Source of the DNA: Calditrichaceae bacterium
GTDB lineage: Bacteria > Calditrichota > Calditrichia > Calditrichales > JBFXGD01
NCBI GenBank assembly: GCA_050173015.1
Contig: JBFXLE010000014.1
Span: 1-64,000 of the forward strand
Direction of reading: 5' to 3'
Length of the DNA: 64,000 bases
A model generated the notes under the pieces. It worked only from the letters and a program-made list of their open reading frames with translations, had not been told where the DNA came from and did not search any database. Shown piece by piece: positions 28,790 to 38,921 of this stretch. Position 1 is the stretch's first letter. The number at the start of each line of letters is the position of its first letter. The translations under genes were made by a program, and so were the position numbers.

Positions 28790-30064
28790 ATGAACAAGCT
28801 TATGAGTCATTATCAGTATAAATGCGCGTCTTGCGGGATGCTCTATAAACCCGAAGACATAGAACAAAAAAGGATTTATCTGTGCGCGGAATGCGGATTA
28901 TCAGAGAAGAATCGTCCGCTAAGAGGTGTGCTGAATATCGAATATGATTATGATTCCCTGAAAATAAACATACTCAGGGAAGATTTTCTTAAACTTCCCG
29001 TCGGGAAATTCTGGTTATATCCTTTTTTATGGCCGCTAAATGAAAGTTTTATAGATAAATTTTTATTATCTGATACGGCCCGTTTTGCTTTGGCCAATGA
29101 ACCTGTGAACGAGTTTCGCTTCGGGGAAAACAGGATATCAGTTTTTGATGATACCCGAAATCCGACGTTTTCATATAAGGACAGGGCAACATCGCTGGTT
29201 GTGCTCAAGGCGCTTGAGATGGGGATCACAGAGATCGCTGCCGCCTCAACGGGAAATGCCGGTTCTTCCTTAGCGGGTATGTGCGCCCGGATGGGATTGA
29301 AAGCGCATATTTTTGTACCAAAAAATATACCGTCCGCCAAGCGGATTCAGATTCAGGCTTACGGAGCTAACCTATATCTCGTTGATGGTGATTATGACGC
29401 GGCTTTTGATCTGAGTCTTGAAATATCGGATCAGATGGGATGGTATAACCGGAACACGGCATTTAACCCGTTAACGATTGAAGGGAAAAAATCCGCTGCG
29501 TTTGATATGTTCATCGCGACTCAGGGGGATATCCCGGATATTATTTTTGTACCGGTGGGAGACGGTGTCATACTCTCAGGTTTGTTCAAAGGGTTCCAGG
29601 AGTTAAAACAACTGGGCTGGATTGAAAATCTGCCGCATCTGATCGGTGTACAGGCCGAAGGAAGTGACGCGCTGGTGAGATATATGAAAAAGGGGACATT
29701 TGAGTATCGTCCGGCAAAAACAATCGCCGACAGTATTCATGCCGGGGCGCCGCGAAATTTATATATGGCGGCAAATGCCATCGATCGGAGTAAAGGATGC
29801 GCGGTCAGTGTTTCAGATGATGAGATCATTGATGCTCAGAAATTAATCGCGAAAGAATTTGGAATTTTGACGGAACCGGCTGCCGCCGCCGCTTTTGCCG
29901 GATTTAAAAGTCTTAGAGGGGACTGCCGGGTACCTGAGACGGGCCGAGTAATGATAATGCTTACGGGGAACGGTCTGAAAGATTTACAATCACTTGAAAA
30001 GTGGAATACGTCCCCGGAAATCAGATCAGTGGACAAATGGAAGGAGTTTTTCAAATCGGGATAG
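28790..30064 (+). CDS. Threonine synthase-like PLP enzyme with N-terminal Zn ribbon
   Basis: CASC...CAEC, RNPTFSYKDR, AASTGNAG, VPVGDG, EPAAAA, LTGNGLK. Confidence 0.8.
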   Translation: MNKLMSHYQYKCASCGMLYKPEDIEQKRIYLCAECGLSEKNRPLRGVLNIEYDYDSLKINILREDFLKLPVGKFWLYPFLWPLNESFIDKFLLSDTARFALANEPVNEFRFGENRISVFDDTRNPTFSYKDRATSLVVLKALEMGITEIAAASTGNAGSSLAGMCARMGLKAHIFVPKNIPSAKRIQIQAYGANLYLVDGDYDAAFDLSLEISDQMGWYNRNTAFNPLTIEGKKSAAFDMFIATQGDIPDIIFVPVGDGVILSGLFKGFQELKQLGWIENLPHLIGVQAEGSDALVRYMKKGTFEYRPAKTIADSIHAGAPRNLYMAANAIDRSKGCAVSVSDDEIIDAQKLIAKEFGILTEPAAAAAFAGFKSLRGDCRVPETGRVMIMLTGNGLKDLQSLEKWNTSPEIRSVDKWKEFFKSG

Positions 30065-30720
30065 TTAAGCACCCTGTTATTTGCGGACTGTTGGTGAGCG
30101 CCGGGTATTCAAGCCGCATGGGATCTTATAAACCGCTTTTGGATTATAAAGGAGTCCCGTTTATCATTGAGATTCTTGCGAAAATGGGACAAATCTGCGA
30201 AAAAATCGCTGTGGTCACAGGATACAAAGGCGACGAGCTGAAGTCGAAGGTTAATCAGTTTTTAGATAAGGCCCTTGCTTCATCCGAAAGAGATCAGATA
30301 AATTTATCAGACTTATCTTTTGCCGATCTTCGTAAAAAAATAATATTTGTTCATAATCCGTTGTATGCTAAAGGTATGTTTGGCTCGCTAAAATCCGGTC
30401 TGAAGACGCTTCAGGATTCTGACTGGTTGCTATATCATTTTGTTGACCAGCCCGGTTTACCTTCTAAGTTTTATACTGAGTTTGTAAAACAGCTTGACAC
30501 GAATTATGACTGGATTCAACCAAAAAACAGTGCGGGGAACGGTCATCCGATTTTTATAGGAAACACCTTATATGAATCGATTCTCACAGCCGGTAAAGAC
30601 ACGACACTTAGGGAAATCAGCCGGATGGCTAAAATCAAAAAAAAATACTGGGTATGCGGATATCCTCAAATACTGGAAGACATCGATACACCGGATGATT
30701 ATAAAAAAATGAATCATTAA
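30037..30720 (+). CDS. mocA: Molybdenum cofactor cytidylyltransferase (MocA/YgfJ-like); start uncertain
   Basis: SAGYSSRMGSYKPLL, NP.Y.KGMFGSL, VDQP, GHP, DIDTPDDY. Confidence 0.75.
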   Translation: MEGVFQIGIVKHPVICGLLVSAGYSSRMGSYKPLLDYKGVPFIIEILAKMGQICEKIAVVTGYKGDELKSKVNQFLDKALASSERDQINLSDLSFADLRKKIIFVHNPLYAKGMFGSLKSGLKTLQDSDWLLYHFVDQPGLPSKFYTEFVKQLDTNYDWIQPKNSAGNGHPIFIGNTLYESILTAGKDTTLREISRMAKIKKKYWVCGYPQILEDIDTPDDYKKMNH

Positions 30721-30781
30721 GTTTTTAACCGGGTGAATTAAATGCGTACCATAGCGGTTATATTGTTAAGGAAAAGAGTTA

Positions 30782-31636
30782 ATGGAAATTTATAAAAAAA
30801 TCCTGGAGCTTGAAAATTCAAACCAGCCATTTGCAGTCGCGACGGTGATTCAATCCGCCGGATCAACACCGGGAAAGGTTGGATTTAAAATGGTTATCGA
30901 ATCCTCCGGCCTGCTGACCGGAACGGTAGGCGGCGGTGAGCTGGAGCAGGAAGTTGTGAGAGAAGCCAAAAGCCGTTTATTAACAAAGGAAAGCGGTACA
31001 CAGGAATATATTTTATCAAAGAAACCGGAAAATTCAGAAAAAAGCGGTAAAGCGACCATTGTACCCATGAGCTGTAACGGGCGGATTTCAATTTTTTATG
31101 AAATTCATGGCCGTCAGGAAACGGTTTATATTTTTGGTGGCGGACATGTCGGTCAGGCGCTTTTGTATCACCTGGCTCCCCTGGGATATCATACGATCTT
31201 GATTGATAATCGCCCGGAATTTGCTTCAGAAGCAAAAAATCCCTACGCCGCGGATCGGGTTCTAAGTGATTATATTGAATTTACAGATCAGTTTAATCCG
31301 GATAGTGACGCATTTGTGATCATTTTGACTCATGGGCATGAGTATGATTACCAGATATTAAAACATATTTATAAAAGAAACCTTAAACCGGCTTATATCG
31401 GACTCATCGCGTCGAAATCAAAAGCCTTTACAATTATGGAAAAATTAAGAAAAGACTTTGGCGATAAGGTGGATACGGGGCCGTTATTTACACCGGTGGG
31501 ATTAAAAATCGGCGGGAGCTCAGCCGCTGAAATTGGGCTTGCCATCGCGGCTGAGATGCAGTCTGTAAGATACGGGAAAACGCTGATCCCCGGTGATAAA
31601 ATCAAAAAAACGAATAAAATAATTCAGGATAAATAG
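30782..31636 (+). CDS. xdhC: XdhC/CoxI family Moco insertion chaperone
   Basis: GSTPGK.G.KM, GTVGGGELE, IFGGGHV, THGHEYD, YIGLIAS, PVGL.IGG..AAEI..AI.AE. Confidence 0.85.
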   Translation: MEIYKKILELENSNQPFAVATVIQSAGSTPGKVGFKMVIESSGLLTGTVGGGELEQEVVREAKSRLLTKESGTQEYILSKKPENSEKSGKATIVPMSCNGRISIFYEIHGRQETVYIFGGGHVGQALLYHLAPLGYHTILIDNRPEFASEAKNPYAADRVLSDYIEFTDQFNPDSDAFVIILTHGHEYDYQILKHIYKRNLKPAYIGLIASKSKAFTIMEKLRKDFGDKVDTGPLFTPVGLKIGGSSAAEIGLAIAAEMQSVRYGKTLIPGDKIKKTNKIIQDK

Positions 31637-31661
31637 CTGATCGCGCTGAAAAAGAGGTGAT

Positions 31662-33956
31662 ATGAAGACCAATCCAAAAGATTTAAGGGTTGACGCGGCT
31701 GCCAAATTAGGAGGTCACGCGAAATACATCCGCGATGAAGTGATTCCGGGTCTCTGGTACGGTAAAACAATCCGAAGCACACTACCCCACGCGTTGATTA
31801 AAAACATAACTTTTGACTCAGAATTTGACTGGAGCACCGTGGTTACCGTCACGTCAAAAGATATTCCGAATAATTACGTGGCGATGCTTGAAAACGACAT
31901 GCCCTTTCTCGCGGGTGAAAAAGTAAAGTATATGGGTGAGCCCATCGTACTGATTGCAGCGGATAAAAAAGAACTATTGGAAGAAGCCGCGCAAAATATT
32001 CACGTGGAATATGAGGAACTCGAGCCTGTTTTTGATGTGTTTGAATCTGAGCAAGCGAACGTTAAAATATTCGGCAATGATAATTTATTTAAGGAAATAA
32101 ATATTGAAAAAGGCGATTTAAAAGAAGCGCAAAAAAACGCTGTAAAAATGATTGAGATAGAACCAAAAACCGGTTTTCAGGAACATTTATATCTTGAGCC
32201 GCAAGGAATTATCGCGTTTCCTGAACAGGATCGGGTGGTCATTAAGGGGACACTGCAATGTCCCTACTATGTGAAAAACGCGCTCACAAAAATGTTTGAT
32301 GATCAAAAACATATCACGGTCATTCAGGCGCCGACCGGAGGCGCGTTTGGGGGCAAAGAAGACTATCCGTCGCTTTTGGCGGGTCACGCGGCGCTGCTGG
32401 CCGTCAAATCCGGTCATCCGGTGGCGATTTTTTATGACAGGGAAGAAGATGTGCGCGTTACCACAAAACGCCACCCTTCATTCAATAAGGATATTGCCTA
32501 TGTTGATAAATCGGGCAAACTGCTTGGTCTGGATCTGACCATTTATTTTGACGGCGGCGCCTATTGCACTCTGTCGCAAGTCGTACTTGCCCGGGCGGCA
32601 TTGACCGCCACCAATACATATTATGTTCCGCATGTCCGGATCAAAGCAAAAGCACTGGCAACCAATACCGTTCCGAGCGGGGCCTTCAGGGGATTTGGCG
32701 GGCCCCAGGCGGTTTTCGCGACGGAAATGCTGATGGAAAAAATAGCGAATGAAATGAATCTTCCGCCTGATGAAGTGCGAAGAATTAACATGATTGAAGA
32801 GGGACAGGATACCGCCACCGGTCAGATACTTCAATACAGTGTTTCAGCGAAACAAACTTTTGAAGATGTCCTACAGCAAAGCGGATATCGCTCTAAATAT
32901 CAGGAGTATGAAAAAAATAACCGGTCTATTCTTGAAAAATTGAAGAACGGTAAGTATCCAAAGAAGGACAAAACGGATAAATTAAAGGGAATCGGAATTA
33001 CCGCTTTTCAGCACGGAGCGGGATTTACCGGCAACGGAGAAAACAAAATCCGGGGAAAAATCCGGGTTGAAATTTCCAAAGACGGATATCCTGTTATCTT
33101 CGCGGCAAATACGGAAATGGGGCAGGGTGAGCAAACCGCGTTTAGAAATATTCTCGGTGAAGCGCTGCAGATTGACAGGGAAAATGTTATTCTTTCGGAA
33201 GTGAATACGGATCTGGTTCCGGATTCCGGACCGACCGTCGCTTCCCGGTCCACCATGATTGTCGGTGATCTTTTAATCAGGGCCGCGGAAGAAATGATTA
33301 TGACTCTGGCTGCCGGATTGAAGAAAAAAACAGGCCTTGATTATGAATACCGGATGGGATATTTCCACGGGGATGATAACATCATTTCGTTTATCGACGA
33401 AGCGAAGAAGAACGCCGGGTTAATCATTGAAAAAGAGTATCTGCATCCTCCGATTATTAAATTTGATGATATCACCTGGAAAGGCGACGCCTATCCGGTG
33501 TTCTCCTGGGCGGCGGCTGTGGCAGAAGTGGAGGTCGATCCCGTGACGTTTGAGATCCGGGTTACCAAATATTATACCACTCACGAGATAGGTAAAGCGA
33601 TAAACTACGATCAGGCAGTCGCTCAAATACAGGGCGGTTCTCTGCAGGGCATCGGTTATGCGCTGTACGAAAAAATCAGATTGGAAAACGGGCACTTTGA
33701 TATCACGGGATTCACGGATTATATCATCCCCACGCCGACTGAAATGCCCGAATTCTATGTCAGAATTCTTGAAAATCCATACCCTTTCGGCCCGTTCGGA
33801 GCGAAGGGATTAGGAGAATTACCACTGGTGGGCGGGGCGCCGGCCGTGCTTTCGGCCTTGTGGATGATTTTTAAGAAGCCGTTTGATAAAATTCCGGTTT
33901 TGCCGGAGGATCTCGCAGGTTTTTATAACCGGGATTTTTTTCAAACGGAAAAATAA
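31662..33956 (+). CDS. Xanthine dehydrogenase family molybdopterin-binding subunit
   Basis: QEHLYLEP, LQCPYY, GGAFGGKE, AFRGFGGPQ, EMGQG, DSGPTVASR, GAKGLGELP. Confidence 0.88.
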   Translation: MKTNPKDLRVDAAAKLGGHAKYIRDEVIPGLWYGKTIRSTLPHALIKNITFDSEFDWSTVVTVTSKDIPNNYVAMLENDMPFLAGEKVKYMGEPIVLIAADKKELLEEAAQNIHVEYEELEPVFDVFESEQANVKIFGNDNLFKEINIEKGDLKEAQKNAVKMIEIEPKTGFQEHLYLEPQGIIAFPEQDRVVIKGTLQCPYYVKNALTKMFDDQKHITVIQAPTGGAFGGKEDYPSLLAGHAALLAVKSGHPVAIFYDREEDVRVTTKRHPSFNKDIAYVDKSGKLLGLDLTIYFDGGAYCTLSQVVLARAALTATNTYYVPHVRIKAKALATNTVPSGAFRGFGGPQAVFATEMLMEKIANEMNLPPDEVRRINMIEEGQDTATGQILQYSVSAKQTFEDVLQQSGYRSKYQEYEKNNRSILEKLKNGKYPKKDKTDKLKGIGITAFQHGAGFTGNGENKIRGKIRVEISKDGYPVIFAANTEMGQGEQTAFRNILGEALQIDRENVILSEVNTDLVPDSGPTVASRSTMIVGDLLIRAAEEMIMTLAAGLKKKTGLDYEYRMGYFHGDDNIISFIDEAKKNAGLIIEKEYLHPPIIKFDDITWKGDAYPVFSWAAAVAEVEVDPVTFEIRVTKYYTTHEIGKAINYDQAVAQIQGGSLQGIGYALYEKIRLENGHFDITGFTDYIIPTPTEMPEFYVRILENPYPFGPFGAKGLGELPLVGGAPAVLSALWMIFKKPFDKIPVLPEDLAGFYNRDFFQTEK

Positions 33957-33998
33957 GATCAAAATGATGGCCTGAATAACCGGAATACTGAGGGAAGC

Positions 33999-34514
33999 AT
34001 GAAAATATCACTATTTGTAAATTTAAAAGAAATTAAAATCGATGTCCCACCCAAAAAACGCCTTTTGGATATCTTGCGGGAGGATCTGGGTCTAATGGGT
34101 TCCAAAGAAGGTTGCGGAAAGGGAGAATGCGGAGCCTGCACGGTGCTTTTGGACGGTAAAAGGGTTAATTCCTGCCTCGTTCCCGCTTTCCAGCTTCAGG
34201 GAAGCCGGGTGGTGACAATCGAAGGAATCACCGAATGGCCGGTCTTTAAATCGGTGGAAAAATCCTATATCGAAAACGGCGCCGTGCAATGCGGATTTTG
34301 TATGTCCGGTTTTGTAATGTCCACGGTCGCCTTTCTTCAGGAAAAACACACCAATCTAACCGAAGAAGAAATCAAAATGGGTATGGGCGGCAACATTTGC
34401 CGATGTACCGGCTATACAAAAATTGTAGATTCTGTGCGTGACTTGTCGGATCACAAAGATGTCCTAAAACAGATTGAATCAGACTGGAGAACAGCCTTCC
34501 ATGAAAGAGATTAA
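33999..34514 (+). CDS. XDH family 2Fe-2S subunit
   Basis: GSKEGCGKGECGACTV, QCGFC, GNICRCTGY. Confidence 0.9.
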   Translation: MKISLFVNLKEIKIDVPPKKRLLDILREDLGLMGSKEGCGKGECGACTVLLDGKRVNSCLVPAFQLQGSRVVTIEGITEWPVFKSVEKSYIENGAVQCGFCMSGFVMSTVAFLQEKHTNLTEEEIKMGMGGNICRCTGYTKIVDSVRDLSDHKDVLKQIESDWRTAFHERD

Positions 34515-35364
34515 ACAAATTATATACAATCCGGAATCGCTTGCCGATCTGCACCAAATAATCGCGGCAACAAATGACAAACTGACCTATGTGGCGGGTT
34601 CGACTGATCTGATGGTTCAGGAAAACCGCTGGCGCGAAGCGCAGAATCTGGTAAATCTGAACAACATCAAAGAGATCAGGACTACGTTTGAAATACAGAA
34701 AGAGGGGGTTTTGATAGGCGCGGCGATGCCCATGAGCGAGATTCTTGCCAAATCCGTTATCAGAGAAAAATTTCCGATTTTAGTCGAAGCCTGCCGGCAG
34801 ATTGGTTCGGTTCAGATCCAGAACCGAGCCACATTAGGCGGGAATATCGCCAACGCCTCACCCGCGGGCGACAGTCTTCCCGTTCTCTCTGTTCTGGATG
34901 CTGAAATTCTGATCGGAGCAGGGGATGACGGGAATTTGCAAAAAATGCAGGTGGAAGATGTCATGCTCGGACCGGGACAGAATAGTTTGACCGGCAACAA
35001 ATATATCGCCTATTTTTTTCTGCCGTTCCCGAAACCCGGCGAACAGTTCTGGGCCTTCAGAAAAGTCGGTCAGCGATACGCGCTTGCCATAAGTAAGTTA
35101 TCACTGGCCATGCTGGGGAGCCGTAGTGGAGATCGTATAGAGGATATCCGGATATGCGCGGGAAGTGTTTCAGCGCAAATTAAACGGGCAGTTCGGACCG
35201 AAAAGATATTGCTTGGACAAAAATTATCTGAGACAGTGATAGAAGTCGCGAGACAGACTATTATGAAAGAAGTGAGTCCAATTACCGATATCCGTTCTAC
35301 CAGCGGCTACAGACGAAAAATATGTGGAGAATTATTACGGGAGGAGTTGTATCATCTTCTCTGA
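34501..35364 (+). CDS. XDH family FAD-binding subunit
   Basis: AGSTDL, IGSVQIQNRATLGGNIANASPAGD, KVGQRYALAISK, PITDIRSTSGYR. Confidence 0.87.
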   Translation: MKEIKQIIYNPESLADLHQIIAATNDKLTYVAGSTDLMVQENRWREAQNLVNLNNIKEIRTTFEIQKEGVLIGAAMPMSEILAKSVIREKFPILVEACRQIGSVQIQNRATLGGNIANASPAGDSLPVLSVLDAEILIGAGDDGNLQKMQVEDVMLGPGQNSLTGNKYIAYFFLPFPKPGEQFWAFRKVGQRYALAISKLSLAMLGSRSGDRIEDIRICAGSVSAQIKRAVRTEKILLGQKLSETVIEVARQTIMKEVSPITDIRSTSGYRRKICGELLREELYHLL

Positions 35365-35454
35365 TTTTTTTAGCCGGGTTCCGTTAAACCGGATATTTAG
35401 ATGACAAATGATGAACATCCAAAGGATGGTTGCTGAATGTTTATAATTTTTCGC

Positions 35455-35483
35455 TTGCATCCTGTTCGGTCTGTTCATATAAT
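35455..35483 (+). promoter_or_regulatory. Candidate sigma70-type promoter
   Basis: TTGCAT-17 bp-TATAAT. Confidence 0.35.
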
Positions 35484-36067
35484 CGAAACACTACGAAGAG
35501 TTTTTCGTAACTCTCAAAAGGAATTAATTTACCCCGGATGAATTAATCCAAAAATTTTTTACTCCAGGTTGCCTATCAACAAAATAAAAACCATATTTTA
35601 TGTTCTTTCCAGAATCCCATAGCGTATTTTTTAACTGTGATTCTGTATTCGGCCGGATTTATTAATCATTAACAACCTTTAGAATTACTTGATTCAAGAA
35701 TCCCGGGAATAATTATTCTGTCTAACGGTCTAAGTTATATTTATTGATGGAATTATTTACGAACTCTTGTTTGTTTTAATATACCTAATAAAAAAATGGC
35801 CTGCGGCAATGAATCTCACGTTAATTTTTTTTATCATCTGACAATTCTTTACTTAATTTTTTTCTGCCGCTTTTTGTAATAGAATATTTATGTGTATTAC
35901 CTGAAAAATAAAATAAAAGTATGATGTGGTTTTTATAATTCATATTTCTGTCGGGTAAAAAGAAGGAGGTTGAAATGAGATCGATAACTATCGAAAAAAT
36001 CAATCGCGGTCCCCCCTGATATATTGGCGAATACTTTATAATCATTAATATCTTACGGGGGGAAGAA

Positions 36068-37534
36068 ATGAAATTATTCAACATTAAAAAATTGACAGTC
36101 GCGTTCTCATTAGTCATGGGATTATTAATATTTATTCCCATCGATTTGCTAAGCAATCCTAATGAGATGCCGGTGACGACATCTTCAAAAGAAGCGCTTA
36201 AATTATTTATGACGGCGCGGGATAAAATTGAAAATATTGAGTTCAACGCCGCAATTGAATTGCTTGATAAATCGATCGAAAAAGATCCCAACTTTGCTTT
36301 GGCTTATGTATATCGCTCAATGGCGGGAGGCGGATTTAACGCGGCATGGCCGCATCTTCAGAAAGCGATCAAACTGGTGGAGAAAGTAACGCCGGGTGAA
36401 AAAGCATTCATTATGTACAATAAAGCCGCGTCAGAGAATGATGGCAGAAATCAGATCAAATATCTTAATCAGCTCCTTGAGATGTACCCAAAAGACAAAA
36501 GAATTCAATCACTCGCCGGAATTTATTATTACTCTTCGGGCGATTATGAACGATCGATCAAATATTTGAAAGAATCGATCAACATAGATAATAAATACGC
36601 TCCTGCATACAATATGGTCGGATACGCTCATTCGGCACTGAATCAGCTTCCCGAGGCAGACACGGCCTTTAAAAAATATATCAATCTTATCCCGGATAAT
36701 CCTAATCCATATGATTCTTACGCGGAATTTTTGATGAAAACAGGCCGATATGATGAATCAATCGAGAATTATCTAAAATCATTTAACAAGGATAAACGCT
36801 TTACGAGCGCTCTTCTTGGGGTTGGGCATAACTACGTGTTTAAAGGAAATTTTAACAAGGCCAGAGAATATTATAATATGCGTATGGATAATGCCATAAA
36901 CCCAAACGAGAAGACGAGCGCGATGTTTTGGATTGCAACTTCATATATACATGAAGGAAAGTTAAATGACGCGTTAATCGCCGTTGAAAAAGAACGCGCT
37001 ATGGCGGAAAAAGAGAAAATGATGACCACTGTGATAGGGACATACAATACTGAGGGATTTATTCTTGTGGAATCCGGTAAGTTTGATGAAGGAATGAAAA
37101 AATTTGATATGGCGGTGCAAATGACTAACAAGTCAGAGCTTCCGGAGACCGTTAAGAAAACTTATCTGTTAAGCTCAAGTATGAATCGCTGTTATGCGCT
37201 GACTGCCATGAATAACGTTGACGGAGCAAAAGATGTGCTTGCGGAATGCCAGGCGGTCATAGAAGCCAGGGAAGATCCAAATGAAGTAAAATTTCTTCAC
37301 TCTCTGCTGGCAATGATTGATCTCAAAAAAGGTAATTTCGATGACGCGATCAAAAATTTTGCGAAATCCGATATGCAGGATCCGTATAACTGGTTCTATC
37401 TCGCTACTGTATATGAAAAGAAAGGTGAAAAGGAAAAAGCCGATCAATTATATGCAAAAGTCGCCGGCCTGAATGAAAATTCCTTAGGGTTTGCATTAGT
37501 GCGTGACCGGGCCAGGGAAAAGATGATGAAATAA
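36068..37534 (+). CDS. Exported tetratricopeptide-repeat protein
   Basis: N-terminal signal/TM segment; TTSS.EA...F..A and DPNFALAY motifs; multiple TPR units (AYNMVGYAH, NPYDSYAEFL). Confidence 0.8.
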   Translation: MKLFNIKKLTVAFSLVMGLLIFIPIDLLSNPNEMPVTTSSKEALKLFMTARDKIENIEFNAAIELLDKSIEKDPNFALAYVYRSMAGGGFNAAWPHLQKAIKLVEKVTPGEKAFIMYNKAASENDGRNQIKYLNQLLEMYPKDKRIQSLAGIYYYSSGDYERSIKYLKESINIDNKYAPAYNMVGYAHSALNQLPEADTAFKKYINLIPDNPNPYDSYAEFLMKTGRYDESIENYLKSFNKDKRFTSALLGVGHNYVFKGNFNKAREYYNMRMDNAINPNEKTSAMFWIATSYIHEGKLNDALIAVEKERAMAEKEKMMTTVIGTYNTEGFILVESGKFDEGMKKFDMAVQMTNKSELPETVKKTYLLSSSMNRCYALTAMNNVDGAKDVLAECQAVIEAREDPNEVKFLHSLLAMIDLKKGNFDDAIKNFAKSDMQDPYNWFYLATVYEKKGEKEKADQLYAKVAGLNENSLGFALVRDRAREKMMK

Positions 37535-37549
37535 ATGAAAGGCGGTTCC

Positions 37550-38872
37550 ATGCTCGAGAAAATGCTGAAAAAAATGATTTTCATCCCGTTGTTTTTAGTT
37601 TCCGGAATCGCTTATAATTGTACAGAATTGCAGACGCAGCCTGAACAGCTCGGGGAGACATCTGTTGTGAAAACTGTCAGGCTGCTTGAAAACGGAGTAT
37701 CTCTAACCTGTGTGGACGGGATCCAGAACAGTGGCGCCTTATACAGAATATGCGTACCTGAAGACTGGAATGGAGAACTGGTCGTTTATGCCCACGGGTA
37801 TGTGGCGCCCGATGAACCGCTTGCCATTCAGGATAACGAAATAGACGGGGTGACCATATCTGAAATCATTAATCAGATGGGATACGCCTTCGCCACATCG
37901 AGTTACAGGGATAACGGGCTGATCATTCCCGACGCGGTGATGGACCTTGTCGAGCTTACTGATATCTTCAGTTCCGGTTACGGTGACCCTAAACACGTCT
38001 ATCTCATAGGCGCTTCAGAAGGCGGCGCGGTTGCCGCTTTAGGGGTAGAACAGTATCCCGGCGTATTTGACGGTGGGCTCGCGACGTGCGGACCGGTGGG
38101 AGATTTTAAAAAGCAGATCGATTACTTCAGTGATTTCAGGGTTGTTTTTGACTACTTTTTTCCGAATATGATTCCCGGCTCTGCCGTTGATGTTCCGGCG
38201 GAAGTAATGATGAACTGGTCTTCAAAATATGAACCACTGATCAAAAACGCGATCGCTGCAAATCCACAGGCTACCAGGCAGTTGCTGCGTGTCACCCGCG
38301 CTCCGGTTGACGTGAGAGATCCAAAATCAATTGAATCTACAGTGATTGGCATCCTCTGGTACACGGTGTTCGCGACCAATGACGCGATCGTGAAACTCGG
38401 CGGTCAGCCGTTTGATAACTTAACGCGCATTTATTCCGGTTCGGGAAACGATTTATTACTCAATATGAATATCAAAAGATTTAAAGCGGATGATGATGCT
38501 GTCGCGGAAATTGAAGCAAGATACCAAACATCCGGTGATCTAGTCAATCCGTTGGTGACGATGCATACAACCGGCGATCCGATTGTGCCCTATTGGCATG
38601 AACCGCTTTATAACCTGAAAATATATCAATCCGGAAACGTTCAGAAGCATTTCAATATTCCTGTATTCAGATACGGACATTGTAATTTTCAAATGTCTGA
38701 GGTGCTCGCGGGTTTTACTATTTTGGTTCTAAAAGTGAGTCTGAAAAATTTAATTCTAACGGAGAAAATGATTCCAAATCCCGGTTTACGCGAAGAAATT
38801 AATAAATTTTCACATGATTTTAATCAACAAAGAGAGTTTATGGTTTTTCAACCACCGGGTAGCTTTCAATAA
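37550..38872 (+). CDS. Alpha/beta hydrolase, probable lipoprotein
   Basis: Signal ending AYNC; WNGELVVYAHGY, nucleophile elbow GASEG, HTTGDPIVP, YGHC. Confidence 0.72.
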   Translation: MLEKMLKKMIFIPLFLVSGIAYNCTELQTQPEQLGETSVVKTVRLLENGVSLTCVDGIQNSGALYRICVPEDWNGELVVYAHGYVAPDEPLAIQDNEIDGVTISEIINQMGYAFATSSYRDNGLIIPDAVMDLVELTDIFSSGYGDPKHVYLIGASEGGAVAALGVEQYPGVFDGGLATCGPVGDFKKQIDYFSDFRVVFDYFFPNMIPGSAVDVPAEVMMNWSSKYEPLIKNAIAANPQATRQLLRVTRAPVDVRDPKSIESTVIGILWYTVFATNDAIVKLGGQPFDNLTRIYSGSGNDLLLNMNIKRFKADDDAVAEIEARYQTSGDLVNPLVTMHTTGDPIVPYWHEPLYNLKIYQSGNVQKHFNIPVFRYGHCNFQMSEVLAGFTILVLKVSLKNLILTEKMIPNPGLREEINKFSHDFNQQREFMVFQPPGSFQ

Positions 38873-38878
38873 AATTGG

Positions 38879-38921
38879 AGATCAAGCTTTTCGGGAGTTC
38901 CCGTGAAGCTTGATCTTTATT
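38879..38921 (+). terminator. Rho-independent terminator
   Basis: AGATCAAGCTT..CGGGA / TCCCG..AAGCTTGATCT long stem followed by a T-rich tail. Confidence 0.7.

Noticed and set aside
14419-35364. Selenocysteine (in-frame TGA) read-through in the Mo-hydroxylase cluster
   Set aside because: All ORFs appear full length for their families and end at expected positions; no split gene was seen.
35821-36291. 156-aa minus-strand ORF
   Set aside because: Half of it is antisense to the TPR gene and the rest is AT-rich intergenic sequence, with no motifs.
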